64,000 nucleotides of DNA from the NCBI GenBank assembly GCA_963772835.1, contig CAVYYZ010000011.1, positions 192,001 to 256,000 of the forward strand, given 5' to 3'. Shown piece after piece: positions 58,241-64,000 of the stretch; positions within the stretch are counted from its first letter, which is position 1; the number at the start of each line of letters is the position of its first letter. The position numbers and the translations under genes are program-made. Under the pieces are notes generated by a model. That model had not been told where the DNA came from. It worked only from the letters and a program-made list of their open reading frames with translations, and made no database searches. This stretch comes from an uncultured delta proteobacterium (GTDB lineage: Bacteria > Desulfobacterota > Desulfuromonadia > Geobacterales > Pseudopelobacteraceae).

Positions 58241-58983
58241 AAATAGTCTCATCTGAACTGCTTTCGTGCAGCTACCGCGAGGGGAGGGTGCTTGAAGATG
58301 TGTCCTTTCAGGTCGAGCGCGGTGATTATGTCGGTATCGTCGGTCCAAATGGTTCCGGCAAGAGTACGCTGATCAAGGCGCTGCTCGGCCTGGTGACGAT
58401 CAGCGCCGGTTCTGCAGCTCTCTTCGGCATCCCTCTGGCCGATTTTCGCAGCTGGCACAAAGTCGGCTATCTGCCTCAAAGCCTCCATCTGGTTAACCCT
58501 GTGTTTCCTGCGACAGTGCGTGAAACGGTCGGACTTGGTCTGTTAAGTCTTAAGCGTTTTCCAAAAAGACTGAATCGTGCTGATAACGATAAAATAAGTA
58601 CTATTCTATATGAATTAAGTATTTCAGAGTTAGAACATAAATTAATAGGTGAACTCTCTGGTGGTCAGCTTCAACGTGTTCTGCTTGCTCGTGCCATTGT
58701 AAACGATCCGGAACTGCTTGTCCTGGATGAGCCGACCGCTGCTCTTGACCCGGAAACCAGAGGCCGTTTTTATGCCATGATCGCAGAAATCAACCGTACG
58801 CGGGGGGTTACAATTTTGTTGGTAACCCATGACAGCGGAGCTATCGGTGAACATGCCTCTAAAATGCTTTACCTTGATAAAAAGATGCTTTTCTACGGCA
58901 GTTTTGACGAATTCTGCTGTTCACCGGAGATGTCATCGTTGTTCGGCGAACATTCGCAGCATCTTATGTGCCATCGCCACTGA
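58231..58983 (+). CDS. znuC: Zn/Mn ABC transporter ATPase
   Basis: GPNGSGKST, LSGGQLQR, LDEPT, VTHD and a C-terminal CHRH. Confidence 0.92.
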   Translation: MPVKIVSSELLSCSYREGRVLEDVSFQVERGDYVGIVGPNGSGKSTLIKALLGLVTISAGSAALFGIPLADFRSWHKVGYLPQSLHLVNPVFPATVRETVGLGLLSLKRFPKRLNRADNDKISTILYELSISELEHKLIGELSGGQLQRVLLARAIVNDPELLVLDEPTAALDPETRGRFYAMIAEINRTRGVTILLVTHDSGAIGEHASKMLYLDKKMLFYGSFDEFCCSPEMSSLFGEHSQHLMCHRH

Positions 58984-58985
58984 CC

Positions 58986-59819
58986 ATGAATTTACTTGAA
59001 ATCCTTACATACGGATTTATTCAAAGAGCCCTGCTCGCCGGCACACTGATCGCGCTGCTCTGTTCGGTGCTGGGGGTTTTTCTCGTGCTGCGGCGATTGT
59101 CGCTGATTGGTGACGGGCTGGCGCATGTCACCTTCGGCAGCACCGCTATCGCCCTGGCGCTTAAGTTCTATTCTGTCATGTCACTTCTTGTGACGATGCC
59201 GATTGTTCTGCTTGCGTCTCTCGGCATACTGAAACTCACTGAAAAAGGGCGGTTAAGCGGTGATGCCGCGATCGGTCTGGTCTCTGCGCTCGGAATTTCA
59301 GCCGGGATCATTCTGGCCAGTGTCGGCGGCGGTTACAATGTTGATCTGCTGAGTTATCTGTTCGGAAATATCCTGTCGATACGGAGTGAAGAGGTCGTGA
59401 TCGCCGCCTTTCTTTGCCTCGGAGTCATGCTTATGCTGACTCTCTATTATCACGAACTTTTCGCCATCTCATTCAGTGATGAACTGGCCAAAGTTTCCGG
59501 GATCCGCACGTCCTTCATAAATTCCATACTTGTTCTGCTGACAGCCCTGTCGGTGGTTCTCGCGATGAAACTGGTCGGCATCATGCTGATTTCGTCACTA
59601 CTGATCGTGCCGGCTGCGGGAGCGCTACAGCTGGCCCGCGGTTTCAAGGTCTGCATAATACTGGCCGCGATCCAGGGATGCAGCTCTGTTATCATCGGCA
59701 TTATTATTTCCATTATGTCAAACCTCCCTGCCAGTGCCTCCATAGTTATGGTGAATCTGCTCTTTTTTGCCTCAGCATGTGCCATTCGCCGGATTATCTA
59801 TCCGGCACACAGTAACTGA
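58986..59819 (+). CDS. znuB: Zn/Mn ABC transporter permease
   Basis: RRLSLIGDGLAH, YLFGNIL, KLVG. Confidence 0.92.
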   Translation: MNLLEILTYGFIQRALLAGTLIALLCSVLGVFLVLRRLSLIGDGLAHVTFGSTAIALALKFYSVMSLLVTMPIVLLASLGILKLTEKGRLSGDAAIGLVSALGISAGIILASVGGGYNVDLLSYLFGNILSIRSEEVVIAAFLCLGVMLMLTLYYHELFAISFSDELAKVSGIRTSFINSILVLLTALSVVLAMKLVGIMLISSLLIVPAAGALQLARGFKVCIILAAIQGCSSVIIGIIISIMSNLPASASIVMVNLLFFASACAIRRIIYPAHSN

Positions 59820-59823
59820 CAGC

Positions 59824-60297
59824 ATGGCCGGTAAAAATACATATATTCGAGGGTTGCACGTAGTTGCGGTCTTTGAAGGAATCAAGGGGGTGTTGGTTCT
59901 CCTGGTTGGCTTCGAGCTGCTGACATTCCTCCACAAAGACGTTCATGAAGCGGCAATGAAACTGGTTACGCAGATCCACCTTAATCCTGCCAGCCACTAT
60001 CCACGAATATTTCTCGATCTGACTGAACATATAAACGATTCAAAACTATGGGGCATGGCCATAGCTGCTGCCATGTACTCAGTTGTCCGGGTAATTGAAG
60101 CCGTCGGGCTCTGGCTGAAAAAGTCCTGGGCGGAGTGGTTCGCCGTCCTGACCGGCGGTATGTATATACCCGTTGAACTGTTTGAAGTTGTTCGAAGCGC
60201 GACCTGGCCGAAATTTACGGTGCTTATCGTTAACATTGGCGTGGTGTCCTATCTGCTGTTCGTACTCTTCAGGAATGGCGAGAAGAGCCGTAAATGA
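59824..60297 (+). CDS. DUF2127-like membrane protein
   Basis: AVFEGIKG, EAVGLW..WAEW, YIPVELFE. Confidence 0.75.
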   Translation: MAGKNTYIRGLHVVAVFEGIKGVLVLLVGFELLTFLHKDVHEAAMKLVTQIHLNPASHYPRIFLDLTEHINDSKLWGMAIAAAMYSVVRVIEAVGLWLKKSWAEWFAVLTGGMYIPVELFEVVRSATWPKFTVLIVNIGVVSYLLFVLFRNGEKSRK

Positions 60298-60313
60298 ATT
60301 TCAGGAGTAAGAC

Positions 60314-60775
60314 ATGACAAAGCTAAAATTTCCTCAGCCGTATCGTCACGACCATGTTCCGGTACGGAATATTAATGAGGTGATAAAAGAGCAGCTGACC
60401 ATTGGTCAGAGAGCTGCAGACTGGATCGTTGCCAGAGTCGGTTCATGGGGTTTTATCATCGGTCAATCCTCGCTGCTCACCGTGTGGGCGATTCTCAACA
60501 TCACCGCATGGATCAGACATTGGGACCCGTATCCGTTCATCCTCATGAATCTGGTCCTTTCGCTGCAGGCCGCATACACGGCTCCTATGATCATGATGAG
60601 TCAAAATCGTCAGGCAGCACGTGACCGCATTGAGGCGCATAACGATTATGAAATAAACCTGAAGGCGGAAATCGAGATTCGGGCGATAATGGAGACTCTT
60701 GATGCCCAGAATGTCGCAATTTACGAACTTCACTCGATGGTGGAGGAGTTAAGAGTTGTCGGAAAAATACCGTAA
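60314..60775 (+). CDS. DUF1003 membrane protein
   Basis: GSWGF, WDPYPFILMNL, APMIMMSQNRQ. Confidence 0.85.
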   Translation: MTKLKFPQPYRHDHVPVRNINEVIKEQLTIGQRAADWIVARVGSWGFIIGQSSLLTVWAILNITAWIRHWDPYPFILMNLVLSLQAAYTAPMIMMSQNRQAARDRIEAHNDYEINLKAEIEIRAIMETLDAQNVAIYELHSMVEELRVVGKIP

Positions 60776-60795
60776 CCAGACAAGGAGAATCCATC

Positions 60796-61896
60796 ATGTC
60801 TCATCTCTTTCAACCACTTGCCCTGCGGGGTGTAACACTCCCCAACCGTATCGCCGTATCACCGATGTGCCAGTATTCCAGCGTTGACGGCACCGCCAAT
60901 GACTGGCACCTGGTCCACCTCGGCAGCAGGGCGGCCGGTGGTGCGGGTCTTGTGCTGACCGAAGCAGCAGCAGTAACTCCTCAGGGACGAATCAGCCCGC
61001 ACGACCTCGGGATCTGGAGTGACGATCAGATTGAGCCACTTTCCCGCATCGTCAGTTTTATCAAACAACGGGGGAGTGTTGCCGGAATTCAGCTGGCCCA
61101 TGCCGGGCGCAAGGCAAGCACTGCCCCTCCCTGGGAGAATCGGGGTGTAACCCTGACTGAAGCTGAGGGGGGGTGGCCGATTGCAGCCCCGAGCGCCGTT
61201 CCATTTGACGACGGATGCATCGTGCCGACGTCGATGAGCGAAGAGGATATTCAGGAAGTCACGGAAGCCTTTGTCCAGGCCGCCCGTCGGGCTTTACTTG
61301 CAGGATTTCAGGTTGCCGAAGTGCATGCGGCCCATGGTTACCTGCTGCACCAGTTTCTCTCCCCGCTCAGCAATCGGCGTGACGATAGCTACGGCGGCAG
61401 ATTCGAGAACCGTACCAGGCTACTCCGGGAGGTCGTTGTCGCTGTCCGGGATGTCTGGCCGGACCATCTGCCGCTCCTGGTGAGAATCTCCGCAACCGAT
61501 TGGGTCGAAGGTGGATGGGATATTGAACAATCACTCGAATTGGTTTGTCAGCTCCTCCCCCTGGGCGTTGATCTAATTGATTGCTCTTCCGGCGGAACCG
61601 TGCCGACCGCCAAAGTTCCGGTTGGGCCCGGATATCAGACACGATTTTCCGAACAGATCCGGCGTGAAACAGGAAGTAAGACCGGAGCCGTGGGAATGAT
61701 TACAAGCCCGGCTCAAGCCGACCACATTATTCGCTCCGGCCAGGCCGATCTGGTGCTGCTCGCCCGGGAACTTCTCCGTGACCCCAATTGGCCGCTCCGT
61801 GCAGCTCGCGAACTCGGTCACTTGATACCCTGGCCGGCTCAGTACGTCCGTTCGGCTCCGGCGCTCACTCCGGCGTATCTGCCGGAGATGAAATAA
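60796..61896 (+). CDS. namA: NADH:flavin oxidoreductase (Old Yellow Enzyme, YqjM/NamA-like)
   Basis: SPMCQYS, QLAHAGRKAS, HAAHGYLLHQF, RISATDW. Confidence 0.9.
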   Translation: MSHLFQPLALRGVTLPNRIAVSPMCQYSSVDGTANDWHLVHLGSRAAGGAGLVLTEAAAVTPQGRISPHDLGIWSDDQIEPLSRIVSFIKQRGSVAGIQLAHAGRKASTAPPWENRGVTLTEAEGGWPIAAPSAVPFDDGCIVPTSMSEEDIQEVTEAFVQAARRALLAGFQVAEVHAAHGYLLHQFLSPLSNRRDDSYGGRFENRTRLLREVVVAVRDVWPDHLPLLVRISATDWVEGGWDIEQSLELVCQLLPLGVDLIDCSSGGTVPTAKVPVGPGYQTRFSEQIRRETGSKTGAVGMITSPAQADHIIRSGQADLVLLARELLRDPNWPLRAARELGHLIPWPAQYVRSAPALTPAYLPEMK

Positions 61897-61924
61897 CCGG
61901 AAACAGGGAAAAGGTCTTCGCTGC

Positions 61925-63745
61925 ATGCTCATAATTGTTGAATCACCCACCAAGGCGAAAAAAATACAGTCAATCCTCAAAGTGAAAGCCATGTCCACGG
62001 TGGGACATTTCAAGGATCTGCCCGATGCACAGATTGGTGTTGATCTGACCACCTATGAACCGACTTTTGTCTACCACGAGAAGAAGGCAAACCTCCCAAA
62101 AGAGCTTCGCACGGCGGCGCGTGGCGAGACCGTCATGCTTGCCGGTGACCCGGACCGGGAAGGGTATGCCATCAGCTGCCATATTTATGAAGAGGTGAAA
62201 TCGGTCGCAAAAGAGTGTCTTCGCATGGAGATATATGAAGTTACCGAAAAAGGTTTGAAGGAAGCGCTTGCCAAAGCGGTGCCGTTTGAACAGACAAATA
62301 CGGGACTTTATAACGCCTTCCTTGGCCGACGGATAGGAGATCGCCTGGTGGGGTATATTCTTTCTCCCATCGCCAGTAAAAGTCTCCGCAAAAGCTACAG
62401 CGTCGGACGTGTCCAATCTCCGGCTGTCCGTTTGGTAGTCGATCGGGAACGTGAAATCCGGGCATTTACTTCAGCTCCTTACTGGATGCTGGATATCCAG
62501 CTGGATAAAGACGGCACGACCTTTCTGGCCAGGCATGTTAATGGCAAGTTCACCCGGCAGTCGGACGCGCAACTGATCATTGCCGCAATCAGTGCCGAGA
62601 CCCATGCCCTGGCTGATAAAGTTGAAAAAAAGGAGGTCAGGCAATCTCCCAAGCCCCCGTTCACAACCGTCGACCTTCAGGCTGCCGCGGCCGCCCGATT
62701 GAAATTTACCCCGGAACAGACAATGAAGCTTGCGCAGGCGCTTTTTGACGGTGGCGTTATTACCTATCACCGTACTGATTCCGTCAGGATGGATGATGCT
62801 TTTATTACTGAGATCCGGGAGTTTCTGGAAAAGAGTTTCGGCGGCTGCTACCTGCCCGCGAAGCCGAATCAGCACAAATCAAAGAACTCGCAGGCTGAGG
62901 CTCATGAGGGTATCCGACCCACTCACATGCACTCAGTTGCCGATATTGCCGTCATGATCAAAAAGGAAGGGCTTACGCCTGACCACGGCCGGTTGTACGA
63001 GTTGATCTTCAAGCGAGCCGTCGCCAGTCAGATGGCAGCAGCTCGCTACGACTCCACCATCATACATTTCACTGTTGCCGGTGAACGGTTCAAGGCCGCC
63101 GGGCGGGTACTGATTTTTGATGGGTTTCTCAAGGTGTACGCTGAGGTAGACGAAGAAAAAGATAGAAAGGGGGAGGAGGACACCAAAATGCAGCTGCTCC
63201 CGTCGGTAGATGTTGGTGAGTTGGTGCCGAAGGTGCAGGAAATACTCGATGAGAAAAAAACCAAACCTCCGGGGAGGTTTACGCTCGGCTCACTGGTAAA
63301 GGAGTTGGAACGTCTCGATATCGGTCGACCTTCCACTTATGCCGCCATCACTAAAAATATTACCGACCGTGGATACGTCAAGGATGAGAAGGGACGGGTA
63401 GTTCCATTGCAATCGGGCGAGACGCTGATTGATTATCTCCGGGACAAGCATGCCTGGGTTATAGACTATGAGCTGACCGGCAAGATGGAAAACTTTCTGG
63501 ATCTGGTAGTTGAGAATAAGGAGACCTGGCAGCGCTTTTGTCGGGGGGTGCACAACAAGATGGGGTTCTCCATCCCGCCCGTCAGAGCCGCTGGGGGAGG
63601 ACCGAGCGAAGCGCAGCTTAAGTACGCCAATGATCTGGCACAAAAAAACAGTCTCGTTATTCCGGCGGAGATGTTACAGAGCGGAAAGGCACTTTCTCAA
63701 TGGATCGAAAGTCTCATTGCCGCAAAGGTCAAAAATAGTAACTGA
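61925..63745 (+). CDS. topA: Type IA DNA topoisomerase, short form without Zn ribbons
   Basis: Toprim [10 protein letters not shown] and DPDREG, SVGRVQS, catalytic [22 protein letters not shown]. Confidence 0.9.
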   Translation: MLIIVESPTKAKKIQSILKVKAMSTVGHFKDLPDAQIGVDLTTYEPTFVYHEKKANLPKELRTAARGETVMLAGDPDREGYAISCHIYEEVKSVAKECLRMEIYEVTEKGLKEALAKAVPFEQTNTGLYNAFLGRRIGDRLVGYILSPIASKSLRKSYSVGRVQSPAVRLVVDREREIRAFTSAPYWMLDIQLDKDGTTFLARHVNGKFTRQSDAQLIIAAISAETHALADKVEKKEVRQSPKPPFTTVDLQAAAAARLKFTPEQTMKLAQALFDGGVITYHRTDSVRMDDAFITEIREFLEKSFGGCYLPAKPNQHKSKNSQAEAHEGIRPTHMHSVADIAVMIKKEGLTPDHGRLYELIFKRAVASQMAAARYDSTIIHFTVAGERFKAAGRVLIFDGFLKVYAEVDEEKDRKGEEDTKMQLLPSVDVGELVPKVQEILDEKKTKPPGRFTLGSLVKELERLDIGRPSTYAAITKNITDRGYVKDEKGRVVPLQSGETLIDYLRDKHAWVIDYELTGKMENFLDLVVENKETWQRFCRGVHNKMGFSIPPVRAAGGGPSEAQLKYANDLAQKNSLVIPAEMLQSGKALSQWIESLIAAKVKNSN

Positions 63746-64000
63746 AATCTTTCATCTCGAACGGTGAATCGTTCAGGCATTCAATGAACACATCTACGAT
63801 AAACGGGTCAAACTGAGAGTCTTTTTTCTTGATAAGTTCGCTGATTGCGCTGTCCTTATGAAGTCCTTCACGATACGAACGGTTCGAGATCATCGCGTCA
63901 AATGCATCCGCGACGGCGACAATACGGGCATGGAGCGGAATCTGCTCTCCTTTTAAACGTCCGGGATAGCCGCTTCCGTCCCAATGTTCATGATGATGAA
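63729..64000 (-). CDS. HD-GYP domain protein, C-terminal part (runs off the window)
   Basis: The reverse strand reads [43 protein letters not shown]...QFDP...YYF*, with the stop at 63729-63731. Confidence 0.92.
   Translation of the reverse strand, partial: HHHEHWDGSGYPGRLKGEQIPLHARIVAVADAFDAMISNRSYREGLHKDSAISELIKKKDSQFDPFIVDVFIECLNDSPFEMKDFSYYF

Noticed and set aside
58587..58658. dif site as the cause of the AT-rich patch (AACATAA and ATAA-N6-TTCT half-matches)
   Set aside because: Neither 28-mer has two acceptable arms, and a + strand KOPS still occurs downstream at 62157.
57200..63745. Genomic island or prophage at the right end
   Set aside because: Codon usage looks slightly more C-ending, but there is no integrase, transposase, tRNA or att repeat.

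Overview
Ordinary-looking chromosomal window (about 50% GC, genes almost all on +) from a Geobacteraceae/Desulfuromonadales-like bacterium. The assignment rests on a eukaryote-type citrate synthase with an HgtR-like operator, multiheme cytochromes and the comEC-Hypr GGDEF-hisS synteny. No rRNA, tRNA, CRISPR, integrase or transposase was seen. Positions 1-20 kb hold an NHL beta-propeller lipoprotein, an OmcE-like tetraheme cytochrome and two more multiheme cytochromes. These lie directly upstream of a hybrid T2SS/T4P cluster (GspF, MshEN-GspE, PilMNO-like, TPR/cohesin secretin, 3 pseudopilins), followed by ftsEX-envC-ctpA, a cohesin plus dockerin-like exported protein and a divergent polysaccharide deacetylase. 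Positions 20-64 kb hold an extended ParA, gltA, rbr-dfx, lptFG, two ABC-F genes, rhlB, ispB, tlpA-ccdA, a GAF-GspE ATPase head-to-head with a class II cyclic-nucleotide phosphodiesterase, fbp, comEC, a GacA-type 3',3'-cGAMP synthase, a frameshifted hisS, ruvB, znuACB, a short type IA topoisomerase and the end of an HD-GYP gene. Most interesting: (1) the candidate cytochrome-nanowire plus export locus with a possible cohesin-dockerin anchoring pair; (2) a sharp AT-rich recoded patch inside znuC; (3) a shared CCACAG...GTGGTTTT hairpin upstream of both ABC-F units, one with a putative leaderless uORF; (4) a cyclic-nucleotide signalling theme across the window. All homology calls are from motif reading and memory, not from database searches.
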